Shown here piece by piece: positions 23,885 through 31,413 of a DNA stretch of 32,000 nt. Source of the DNA: Candidatus Saccharimonadota bacterium (GTDB lineage: Archaea > Nanohalarchaeota > Nanosalinia > Nanosalinales > Nanosalinaceae); NCBI GenBank assembly GCA_001761425.1, contig CP012986.1, forward strand, positions 60,001 to 92,000. The letters run 5' to 3'. The notes under the pieces were generated by a model, which did no database searches, had not been told where the DNA came from, and saw only the letters and a program-made list of their open reading frames with translations. A program made the translations under genes and the position numbers. Within the stretch, counting starts at the first letter, position 1; every line of letters starts with the position of its first letter.

Positions 23885-24060
23885 GAAAAAGGTCTTAATA
23901 AACTGTGGAAAAAAGCTGTAGAAAGATTTTTTGTTCAAAGAAATAAACTCAGCGTTCGGGGGAGGTCACGAAAATCTGGGAGAAGATTTTCTGAAGCAGA
24001 AATTCTTGTAAAGAATTTCAAGATTTGAACCAGAATCCCGGCGAAGAATTAAAGTTTGAG

Positions 24061-24144
24061 CGTCGGGGGCGGGATTTGAACCCGCGTGGGCTCGCGCCCA
24101 GTAGCTTAGCAAGCTACCGCAATACCAGACTATGCGACCCCGAC
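24061..24144 (-). tRNA. tRNA-Ser (anticodon GCU) with long variable arm
   Basis: Manual cloverleaf: acceptor GTCGGGG/CCCCGAC, D stem GCA/TGC, anticodon stem GTAGC/GCTAC with loop TTGCTAA, variable arm TGGGCGCGAGCCCAC, T arm GCGGG-TTCAAAT-CCCGC, discriminator G. Confidence 0.9.
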
Positions 24145-24172
24145 TAGCATGAATTTAGTGGACCGTGAAGGG

Positions 24173-24178
24173 TTTAAA
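24173..24178 (-). promoter_or_regulatory. Candidate TATA box for tRNA-Ser
   Basis: TTTAAA lies 29-34 nt upstream of the tRNA 5' end (24144). Confidence 0.4.
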
Positions 24179-24190
24179 TCCCCTGTTTTT

Positions 24191-24601
24191 TTAGATGGTC
24201 TTGAGTCTTGCTATGATGAACTTTATGCGTGCTGAGACGATCTTTCCTGCTATTCTGAGTGTTGAGTGATGGGAGTTTTTGAAGGCCTCTTTGAGCGTTT
24301 CTTCCTGGTTTTTCTTTATCTGGTTGTAGCATTTGTCTGCTTTGTCTCTTGTGAGGCCTGCCTGTTTTTCTTCGCGGTATTTGTCGAATTTTTTCCTTAG
24401 TTCTCTTCTCTGTTTTATGTATTCTTGAGATGTGATTTCTTCTTCAGCATGTTTTTCCGCCAGTTCCTGGAACTCTTCGGATAGTTCTTGCCATTCTTCT
24501 CTGTCTATTCTTCCTGTCTGAAGGAGGTTTCGGACTATGACCTGTTCGTTCTCTATGTACGTTGCTACGAATCCCTGGATCACTTTCTCTCTTAGATTCA
24601 T
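24191..24601 (-). CDS. Hypothetical helical (coiled-coil-like) protein, 136 aa
   Basis: I chose the internal ATG (24601..24599), MNLREKVIQGF... The track's longer N-terminus runs across the divergent promoter region and into the neighbouring PRC-barrel gene (from 24702). An ATTTTAAG lies about 30 nt upstream of this ATG. Confidence 0.45.
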   Translation of the reverse strand: MNLREKVIQGFVATYIENEQVIVRNLLQTGRIDREEWQELSEEFQELAEKHAEEEITSQEYIKQRRELRKKFDKYREEKQAGLTRDKADKCYNQIKKNQEETLKEAFKNSHHSTLRIAGKIVSARIKFIIARLKTI

Positions 24602-24701
24602 GTAGAAAGGGATTTCTCTGCAAAGACTTAAAATCCGACGGTTTCTGCGGATAAGGTATTTAAGTTTCTGAAGGTTATTACTCGTTGTAGAGTGATAAAA
24701 A

Positions 24702-24974
24702 GTGGCCGAAAACATACTCGATTTCTCGACCATCAAGGGGAAAGATGTATTCACAAGCAGCGGATCCTACTGCGGGAAGGTAAAAGATGTAGAGCTTAAC
24801 CTTGGAAAGTTCGCAGCAAGAGCAGTAGTCGTAGGAGCAGAAGATGGTTCCTACCTGGCCCAGAAGGTCGGAGGATCAAAGAACGTTGTCATCCCCTACA
24901 GGATGGTACAGAGCATCGACGATATCATAGTGATGAACGACTTCCAGACCAGCGAAGTAGAAGGCAAAGAATAG
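24702..24974 (+). CDS. PRC-barrel domain protein
   Basis: GTG start. IKGKDVFTSSGSYCGKVKDVELNLGKFAARAVVVG...VIPYRMVQSIDDIIVM fits the archaeal PRC-barrel pattern (l.GkeV.t..G..lG.V.Dv.....g.v..lvv). Confidence 0.65.
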   Translation: MAENILDFSTIKGKDVFTSSGSYCGKVKDVELNLGKFAARAVVVGAEDGSYLAQKVGGSKNVVIPYRMVQSIDDIIVMNDFQTSEVEGKE

Positions 24975-24991
24975 AAGGCTTCTAAACTCCA

Positions 24992-25291
24992 ATGGTTATT
25001 CCTTCAATCACTTCAGCTATCATCGCAGTAATCGAAGGAAGCTGGATAGCATCATCAATTTTCCTCAAATACTTCTTGATAGGCCTCATCGCCAAAAACT
25101 TTTACCAGGATTCTTTCACCAGGGAGGAAATTGTAGAAGATGTGGTGGAGAGTTCTGAACTTGTAGTACCTCTTCTCATCGTTTCAGGCCTTTTCTTAAC
25201 TGTTTCAGGCCTTGAAGTTACGCCTGTGTTGATGCTTTTCAGCGAACTGGCGGCTCTAGGTTATTTTACGGTGCTTTTCTGGAAGTGCTAG
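24992..25291 (+). CDS. Small membrane protein (99 aa), function unknown
   Basis: Three hydrophobic segments, starting 17 nt after the PRC-barrel gene. Confidence 0.4.
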   Translation: MVIPSITSAIIAVIEGSWIASSIFLKYFLIGLIAKNFYQDSFTREEIVEDVVESSELVVPLLIVSGLFLTVSGLEVTPVLMLFSELAALGYFTVLFWKC

Positions 25292-25614
25292 TCCAGTTTG
25301 TTCTTTACTTCTCTGTGCCATGAATCTATGGCCTCTAAAGTTACTTCCTTGAGTTCGGAAACCGGAAGCGTGGTGTAGATGTAGTAGACTGTCTTGTCGG
25401 TCTTTCCTTCTCTCATGAGGATGTCTTTGTCTATCATTTCTTGGAGGGCTCTCTGTGCGGTGGATCTGTTCCTGTCTACCCGGTCTGCGATCTCTTGAAC
25501 TGTTAACTTGTTCTCCTCGAGTTCGCGGAAGATCTCTCTCTGGAGAGAGTTGAGGTCAAAGACTTCAAATATTATCTCAAGATCCTCTTTGTCCTCAAGA
25601 TCGAGAAAATCCAT
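25288..25614 (-). CDS. Winged-helix transcriptional regulator (TrmB/MarR-like N-terminal domain only)
   Basis: LNSLQREIFRELEENKLTVQEIADRVDRNRSTAQRALQEMIDKDILMREGKTDKTVYYIYT is a classic wHTH with a wing. A TATA-like TTTTAATCTTAAAG lies upstream. Confidence 0.7.
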   Translation of the reverse strand: MDFLDLEDKEDLEIIFEVFDLNSLQREIFRELEENKLTVQEIADRVDRNRSTAQRALQEMIDKDILMREGKTDKTVYYIYTTLPVSELKEVTLEAIDSWHREVKNKLD

Positions 25615-25727
25615 TGTAGAATACTTTACCCTTTAAGATTAAAAGCGTTTCAGAACCGACTCCAGTAAGGGTCAGATAGAAGGACTTCCAGAGATATTTT
25701 TTCCAGGAGAGCTTACAGAAATCTTCT

Positions 25728-25940
25728 CTATCCGCCTGCGATTACGTCAAATACTCTGATCCTGTCCTCGTCTTCTAACTCATGTCTACCTGAGATGATC
25801 GTCCCGTTCCTTGAGACCAGAACCTCCTGCCTCTCGATACCCTCGTCATCAAGAAGCTCGTCCACCATAAGGCCTTGATCGACTTCGATCTCTTTCTCCT
25901 CTTCTTTATCCAGGTCGTCTCTTACGAGTGTGATCCTGAT
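25728..25940 (-). CDS. Ubiquitin-like beta-grasp protein of the ThiS/MoaD/SAMP type ending in Gly-Gly; start codon uncertain (ATC at 25940 or ATG at 25868)
   Basis: Not in the ORF track. The open frame reads (I)RITLVRDDLDKEEEKEIEVDQGLMVDELLDDEGIERQEVLVSRNGTIISGRHELEDEDRIRVFDVIAGG-stop. This matches the ThiS/SAMP2 layout (V.V....E.e....t..dLl........v.vNG..v.....L.dgD.i.v...v.GG). A perfect GGAGGTGA lies 6 nt upstream of the ATC. Confidence 0.6.
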   Translation of the reverse strand: MRITLVRDDLDKEEEKEIEVDQGLMVDELLDDEGIERQEVLVSRNGTIISGRHELEDEDRIRVFDVIAGG

Positions 25941-26236
25941 CCGGGATCACCTCCTTCATCTATCCTTTTCTCATATTTCTCCAGAGCTTCGTTGAAGGCC
26001 TCTTCGGCATCTATGTCAAGATCGTCCGCGACAGCAAACAGAGAAAAAAGTACGTCTCCTATCTCGTCCTTTTTTACTTCAAGTTCCTCTTCTCTCTCGC
26101 CATACTCCGCAGTTTTTGTCGCGTCTTTGGCGACTTCACCGACCTCTGAGACAAGGTCAAGGACTCTGAACGCAGTTGTTCCGCCCAGCTCATGTTCTTC
26201 CATAAACTCAGCTACCTGATCTTGATGTCTCTTCAT
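25922..26236 (-). CDS. mazG: MazG-type nucleoside triphosphate pyrophosphohydrolase (single-domain)
   Basis: LVSEVGEVAKD...(18)...EIGDVLFSLFAVADDLDID fits the EXXE(12-28)EXXD MazG motif. The ATG directly abuts the ogg stop, and a GAGGT lies 7 nt upstream. Confidence 0.85.
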   Translation of the reverse strand: MKRHQDQVAEFMEEHELGGTTAFRVLDLVSEVGEVAKDATKTAEYGEREEELEVKKDEIGDVLFSLFAVADDLDIDAEEAFNEALEKYEKRIDEGGDPGSGSHS

Positions 26237-27097
26237 CTATTCTACCTCTATTATTCCGTTTCTTGCTGCGTGAAAGATATATTCCTGGGCGTAACCTGAG
26301 TGCTCTCCGAAATACTCTCTCATATTCCGGGAGAGTTGTTCGTAGTCATCGCTGTAAAGCTCAGGGTACTGCTTTTTCAGAGCTTTTTCCGCCCATGTAT
26401 CGATCGGATAGGCCTCAAGCTGCTCCTGGGAAAAAAGCAGGACGCAGTCCGCGACTTTATCGCCTACGCCGTAAAGCTCTTTCATCTTCCGGCGGGCTTC
26501 CTCGTAATCCCCCGGGAAATCAGGCTCAAAGCCATCGTTCAGGATCTTCATACTCTCTATAATGTACTTGGCACGGTAGCCGACACCAAGATCTCTCAGA
26601 TCTTCTTCAGAGGCGTGAGATAGTTGTTCAAGCGTCGGAAACCGCAGAAGCTCATGTCCATCGAACTCTACAGTTTCTCCGAACTCCTCTGCTATTTTAT
26701 TGTGCATTTCTTTGATACGGGGAATCCTCATCTGCGGAGAACAAAGGTAGCTTACCAGGCACGGGAAAAAATCGTCCTGAACCACTCTCAGGCCCCATAT
26801 CTCGTCTTTAGCTTTCTCAAGGTTTTCATCCTCTGGAAATTTATCGAAAATTTGTTCGAGATTGTGGTTCAGGCCTAAGGCCTTTTCTACAGTTTTTTTA
26901 TCTGTCTCTGTCTTGACATGCAGTTTTCCATCTTCTTTTTCCTCTATTACTATCGCTTTTCCGTTCTTGAAGCTGTAGAAATGTGTTTTTCCGTCTTCAT
27001 ACAGTTTTCCGTCTATCCTGTGCCAGCAGAAGGTCTGGCCGCAGGTCATGGTCTCTTCCAGGTCAAAGTTTTCTGGAGAGATTTCGAATTCTTCCAT
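26237..27097 (-). CDS. ogg: 8-oxoguanine DNA glycosylase / AP lyase, Ogg1-type (HhH-GPD superfamily)
   Basis: N-terminal OGG_N motif TCGQTFCWH. HhH-GPD motif LYGVGDKVADCVLLFS carries the catalytic Lys, and the downstream PIDTW carries the catalytic Asp. Confidence 0.85.
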   Translation of the reverse strand: MEEFEISPENFDLEETMTCGQTFCWHRIDGKLYEDGKTHFYSFKNGKAIVIEEKEDGKLHVKTETDKKTVEKALGLNHNLEQIFDKFPEDENLEKAKDEIWGLRVVQDDFFPCLVSYLCSPQMRIPRIKEMHNKIAEEFGETVEFDGHELLRFPTLEQLSHASEEDLRDLGVGYRAKYIIESMKILNDGFEPDFPGDYEEARRKMKELYGVGDKVADCVLLFSQEQLEAYPIDTWAEKALKKQYPELYSDDYEQLSRNMREYFGEHSGYAQEYIFHAARNGIIEVE

Positions 27098-27125
27098 TAT
27101 CTAAGGCCTTGGTGAGGAAGTTATT

Positions 27126-27320
27126 TCAGTCCGACTTGCTGTAGTTGTGGAAGTTGGCTTTTTTTCGTTCCTCTTCATCTGTGTCCTCGGTCTTTTTTGA
27201 GAATGTTTTGGCATCTCTTTTCAGGTAGCTGCGGTCGCATCTGTGACATTTCACCCGTTTCTGGGCCTTGGTTCTCTGTTTGTATCCACAGTCTGGACAC
27301 TGAAAGTAGACTTCCGGCAT
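27126..27320 (-). CDS. Small zinc-ribbon protein (64 aa; DUF1922-like)
   Basis: CPDCG...(12)...CHRCD forms a four-Cys ribbon, followed by a basic/acidic tail. It lies in the same strand block as aglB and ogg. Confidence 0.55.
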   Translation of the reverse strand: MPEVYFQCPDCGYKQRTKAQKRVKCHRCDRSYLKRDAKTFSKKTEDTDEEERKKANFHNYSKSD

Positions 27321-27365
27321 AGGTTTGTATGGAATCTAAAACGTGTTAAATTCACAGGGTTTTTT

Positions 27366-28511
27366 CTAGAGTACTGTGGTGAAGAGGATGAGGCCTGTGA
27401 TACAGACTACTGTCTGGAGGCCTGCTATTGCGTATGTTATCTGTTTTTCGTTGAGGCCCTGTCTCATGAATACGTGGGTGAGGCTGTATATTTTTTCGTG
27501 CTGGGGCCTGAGTGTTCCGTCTTCCTGTAGGATGCCCCAGCTTCTGGCTGTGAATCTGCTCCTGAGTTTAAGCAGGAACTCCAGTATCCACGGTGCGAAG
27601 ATGAATGATCCGAATTTTTCCATGTTGCCTATGACGACGGCGGAGAAAATTGCTGCTCCACAGAGATAGGTGAGCGAGTCTCCAGGAAGTATGGAAGCCG
27701 GATACATGTTGTATTTGAGGAAGGCGAGCAGTGTAACCGAGAGAGCTGCCGATATAAGCATGGCCTCTGTCTGCTGGTTGAGATAGGCGAAGACTGCCAG
27801 CGATGTGGAGGCTACGAAACTTGTCAGTGCGGATAATCCGTTTGTCCCTGCGAGCATGTTGATAACATTTGATACGAAAAGCATTGCAGCAGGTAAAAGT
27901 ACCAGAGGATAGATCAAGCCCCATTCTATTGTAAGGCCTATCAAAGGTATGTTCATCGTCCATGAGCCAGCTCCTACAGCGATCAGAGGGAATGCAGCGG
28001 GTAAGACGAAAAGCATTTTCGGCAGCTGTCCGAGGCCTCTTCTATGCATATCAGAGTTTTCCTCTTCTGCTCTCTGGAACGGCAGGATGTTCATAAGTGT
28101 CGAAAAGATTAATTCGCCGTGCGTCCTTACTTCTCCAATTTTTTCATGGATCTCGATCTCTGGTTTGCCTTCCAGATCGATCTCTTCTTTTATCAGGACT
28201 TTTAGATCGATATGGATGTCGTCTATAAGGCCTATCAGTGTTATAGTGTTTACTGAGGCAAGCGCTGCTAGCAGAAGTGTCAGGTCCAGGTCCTGTGCTC
28301 CGAAAAGAGAGTTTATACCCATGTAAAAAGTTATAGATGTTACAAAGCCGAAGAAAACGACAAGGCCTCCTGAAGTCGGTACTTTTGGCTTCTCTTCTTT
28401 CTGCTGGTCTATTCCATAGATTCCCGATGTCAGGAGGTATTTTTTGGCGAAAGGTATCCCTATCAGGGTTACCAGAAATCCCATTGCCAGTGACAGGACG
28501 ATGTAGATCAT
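27366..28511 (-). CDS. Dolichyl-phosphate N-acetylhexosamine-1-phosphate transferase (GT4 / MraY-WecA-GPT family; AglH-like)
   Basis: Polytopic membrane protein with LIGLIDDIHIDL (DD motif) and NVINMLAGTNGLSA (N..NmlaG.NGLe motif of archaeal/eukaryal GPT). The ATGA overlap with the aglB stop indicates translational coupling. Confidence 0.85.
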   Translation of the reverse strand: MIYIVLSLAMGFLVTLIGIPFAKKYLLTSGIYGIDQQKEEKPKVPTSGGLVVFFGFVTSITFYMGINSLFGAQDLDLTLLLAALASVNTITLIGLIDDIHIDLKVLIKEEIDLEGKPEIEIHEKIGEVRTHGELIFSTLMNILPFQRAEEENSDMHRRGLGQLPKMLFVLPAAFPLIAVGAGSWTMNIPLIGLTIEWGLIYPLVLLPAAMLFVSNVINMLAGTNGLSALTSFVASTSLAVFAYLNQQTEAMLISAALSVTLLAFLKYNMYPASILPGDSLTYLCGAAIFSAVVIGNMEKFGSFIFAPWILEFLLKLRSRFTARSWGILQEDGTLRPQHEKIYSLTHVFMRQGLNEKQITYAIAGLQTVVCITGLILFTTVL

Positions 28512-31321
28512 TGGATTTCAGAGTTGTCTACTTCCCACATCTTGACGTATTCGAACCTGTTGAGGTCCACTTTTTCCACGAAGTCGATGCCGTAACCATC
28601 CATCAGGTAGAGTCTTACCAGTGTGGAGTCTGAGATCTCCTCAGGTACGAGTACGAGGCCTCCCCGTGATCCGGAGCTTGCTGCCTGCTCCAGTGTTGGT
28701 GCAGGCCTTTCTGCGATGCAGTAAGGAAGTGTTCTTCTCTGGCTTGTGTTTCCTAGCTGTTCTCTGCCGTTTTCTGTCAGTTTACAGTTGATCTTGAGTG
28801 TTGAACCTCCGTTTCTGATCGTCACCGGTGCGTTGAGGTCTATTGAGAAGTCCGTTATCGACCCATTGGATGTCTCTGTCTGCATGTCAAATGGTGCGAT
28901 CGCTGTAAGACCTCTCCGTGATGTGAACTCCATCACTCTTTCACCCTCCTCCTGCTGCAGGTATGCGTTGATAGGCTGAGGACTGGTCAGTGTCTGCATC
29001 GTGGAGAAGTTCTCGTTGCTCCTTCTCGAGATTTGGCTTACTGCCGAGTATTTCCCGATCATCGATCTGTCCAGGGCCATGTAGTCGACAGAGTGTTTTT
29101 TCAGGAAGTCTGTATGGTTCTCAGGGTTGCTGGATGTCAGGAACTGGGCCAGCGGATAGTTGACAGGTCCCGAGTTCGAGTAGTATGCGAGGTTTCCTCC
29201 GTCTGCGACGGAAGGTCTTCTTCCTATGGACTCAAACCAGTAACCGTAGTCCCACCAGGACATGATGACTGATCCTTCAGGAGTCTCGTTTTCGATATAG
29301 TCCAGTGCTGGATCCCAAGCATCCGAAGGCGATTCTCCAAGATCCTGTGCCGTTGCAACACCTGACAGAGTGTTAACGGACAACATGACTGTGATAAGGA
29401 CGATGATCAGGCCTAGCCTTGCGTCCTGAAGGTATTCAGGATTATCCAGATCGAATTCCGGTATTTGAAGGCCTTTGAGCCTTCTGTATGCAGTTGTAAA
29501 GGCGTAACCTGCTGTCAGTGTGACCGGGAATCCTGCCAGGAAGACAAGTCTCGATGTGGATGCTGAGGCAAGGAGATTAGATACTATCCAGAAGACTGGC
29601 AGTGCGTAGTACCATTTTGCTGTTATCTCTGGTTTCCTGAAGTCTTCTGTAATATGCAGGACAAGCAGTGCGAGGAATCCTGCGAGGACTGGGAAGATGA
29701 GGCCTGTTGCGTACGGTGATGCCAGCACTGCGTATGCTACGACCCTCATGTTCTGTGAACCTACTACGCTGAGCGCTGCGACTATCTCTCCCATGACGAG
29801 GAATCCTGATACCATCAGCAGGATCTTGTATGCTTCGTCTTTGAGATAATAGACGAGTGTGTAGAGCAGGCCTGCTGTGATCGATCCGATGATCAGTGAG
29901 TAGAGTCTGAGGCCTGGGTTCTGCAGTGGTGTTGCCAGGAAGAATGCTGTCACTGTGAGCAGCCATGCGATCGCTGTCGCCTGTAGATACGAATAATACG
30001 TCTTCCCTGATATACTGTCGATGATGTCGTATTTTCTTCCAAGCATGACTATGAGAGATGTGGCCATCACCGGTACGCCGAGAAGTGTCAGCGTCCACGG
30101 ATTGACGAAGTGAGATACGAATACTATCAGGTTAGAGATAGGTGCGATTATGACTTCAAGATTTGAGATCAGTTCAGCGCCGCCGAACGTGTTTGTGAAC
30201 CAGGATCCGAATGCCGAGATTCCTGCTCCGGCGTCTACGCCAAGCGATCCCACCATACTCCGAAGGTTAGCCGGCTGGCTCTCCGAAACCGTTCCAAGGA
30301 TAACCGTTCCTGCTTTAGGTGATGTGACACTGTTAATTACACTCACGACCTTTGATGCGATAAACTGCGAGTAAAGAGGTGATAGAAGTGCCATTATTCC
30401 TCCGAGTATGGAAGCTGCTGGCACATAGTACTTGATCTGATGCTCCTCAAGTAGTTCGAACTCCTCTATCACGTAACGACTCCAGAGTACTGCTAGGAGG
30501 CCTATATTTGCCACTAGGTATACGTCCGTGAACCAGAATCTTGCTGAATCAAAAGTTGCTCCTAAGAACCCTCCTACAAGGACTGTAGGTGTGTATGCAG
30601 CGACTAAGGCCTTGATATCTTCGTCTATGAATATGATTGCGCCTACAACTAGAGGATAGAGAAGCCAGAGCATCTTTGAGCCACCCCATGTTACTGTGAA
30701 GATTCCGAGTGAGAGGCCTGAGATCATGCCGTGTTTCCAGTCTACCTGTTTCCAGGCCTTTGTGAAGAAGATCATCGAGATAAGCATAAAGACTGTTCCG
30801 ACAGGTTCTTTATCGAAGAATCCTGCGGATGTTCTGTGCATGACTCCTGTCAGGACTGCGAGGAAGAAAGCTGCTGAGATACCTGTGAATCTGTCGAACA
30901 GTTCTTTACCGAGGAAGTACATGAGTACTACTCCTATTGCTCCCATCAGTGCCGGGAAGAACTGTGCGTATTCCATGTAGTTCGGGAAAAATGCTGAAAG
31001 ACCCAGGTTATGCAGGAATGCCGGTGCTGCGATTTCTCCTATTTGTATAGTATGCGTTGGTGTTGCGTAGGGAAAGTATCGTGAGAAATCCAGTGCCGGG
31101 ACGCCTCCAGACAATGCAAGGTGCTGGGAAATTCTGAATATCATGTACGGGTCCAGGGCCTGTAAGTTTTCCAGACCTCTGTTCGGCAGGTTCCTGATCC
31201 AGAGCGAAAGTACGAATAGGAGGCCTACGGATGGTACCGGCCAGTTTTTCTTTACTGCCTCTTTGAAGTTTTCTGGCTGAGAAAGATGTTCTGCCTTTTC
31301 TCTGTACTGGCTCAGGTTCAT
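28508..31321 (-). CDS. aglB: Archaeal oligosaccharyltransferase AglB (STT3 family)
   Basis: 937 aa with an N-terminal domain of about 13 TM helices, the catalytic WWDYGYW motif (SWWDYGYWFESIG), a downstream DRSMIGKYSAVSQI (DK/MI-type motif) and a soluble C-terminal domain. Confidence 0.95.
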   Translation of the reverse strand: MNLSQYREKAEHLSQPENFKEAVKKNWPVPSVGLLFVLSLWIRNLPNRGLENLQALDPYMIFRISQHLALSGGVPALDFSRYFPYATPTHTIQIGEIAAPAFLHNLGLSAFFPNYMEYAQFFPALMGAIGVVLMYFLGKELFDRFTGISAAFFLAVLTGVMHRTSAGFFDKEPVGTVFMLISMIFFTKAWKQVDWKHGMISGLSLGIFTVTWGGSKMLWLLYPLVVGAIIFIDEDIKALVAAYTPTVLVGGFLGATFDSARFWFTDVYLVANIGLLAVLWSRYVIEEFELLEEHQIKYYVPAASILGGIMALLSPLYSQFIASKVVSVINSVTSPKAGTVILGTVSESQPANLRSMVGSLGVDAGAGISAFGSWFTNTFGGAELISNLEVIIAPISNLIVFVSHFVNPWTLTLLGVPVMATSLIVMLGRKYDIIDSISGKTYYSYLQATAIAWLLTVTAFFLATPLQNPGLRLYSLIIGSITAGLLYTLVYYLKDEAYKILLMVSGFLVMGEIVAALSVVGSQNMRVVAYAVLASPYATGLIFPVLAGFLALLVLHITEDFRKPEITAKWYYALPVFWIVSNLLASASTSRLVFLAGFPVTLTAGYAFTTAYRRLKGLQIPEFDLDNPEYLQDARLGLIIVLITVMLSVNTLSGVATAQDLGESPSDAWDPALDYIENETPEGSVIMSWWDYGYWFESIGRRPSVADGGNLAYYSNSGPVNYPLAQFLTSSNPENHTDFLKKHSVDYMALDRSMIGKYSAVSQISRRSNENFSTMQTLTSPQPINAYLQQEEGERVMEFTSRRGLTAIAPFDMQTETSNGSITDFSIDLNAPVTIRNGGSTLKINCKLTENGREQLGNTSQRRTLPYCIAERPAPTLEQAASSGSRGGLVLVPEEISDSTLVRLYLMDGYGIDFVEKVDLNRFEYVKMWEVDNSEIQ

Positions 31322-31348
31322 TATACTTATTGGGGTTTGATACTAGAG

Positions 31349-31357
31349 TTTTTATAA
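31349..31357 (-). promoter_or_regulatory. Candidate TATA box for aglB
   Basis: The reverse strand reads TTATAAAAA 28-36 nt upstream of the aglB ATG (31321), in a 92-bp divergent spacer. Confidence 0.35.
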
Positions 31358-31382
31358 TCTCTTCCATTTTAACGGCGGAGTG

Positions 31383-31389
31383 TTTAAAA
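31383..31389 (+). promoter_or_regulatory. Candidate TATA box for secF
   Basis: TTTAAAA lies 25-31 nt upstream of the GTG at 31414. Confidence 0.35.
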
Positions 31390-31413
31390 GGATTCCAATA
31401 CACGCATTTTTCT

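Noticed and set aside
24602-24754. 51-codon N-terminal extension of ORF 24191..24754.
   Set aside because: It overlaps the start of the PRC-barrel gene and the TATA-like elements of the divergent spacer. The internal ATG has a TATA-like box at an appropriate distance.
27376-28633. ORFs 27376..27669 +, 27568..27963 -, 27949..28326 +, 28337..28633 +, and 27243..27530 +.
   Set aside because: All lie within or antisense to the GPT-family transferase gene, which has DD and NxxNxxxGxNGL motifs. Their products are Arg/Ser-rich.
28746-31403. ORFs 28746..28979, 29033..29272, 29577..30098, 30150..30374, 30696..30980 and 31008..31403.
   Set aside because: They lie inside or antisense to aglB (WWDYGYW and an STT3-like TM domain). 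Their basic, Arg/Pro-rich products are inconsistent with the proteome.
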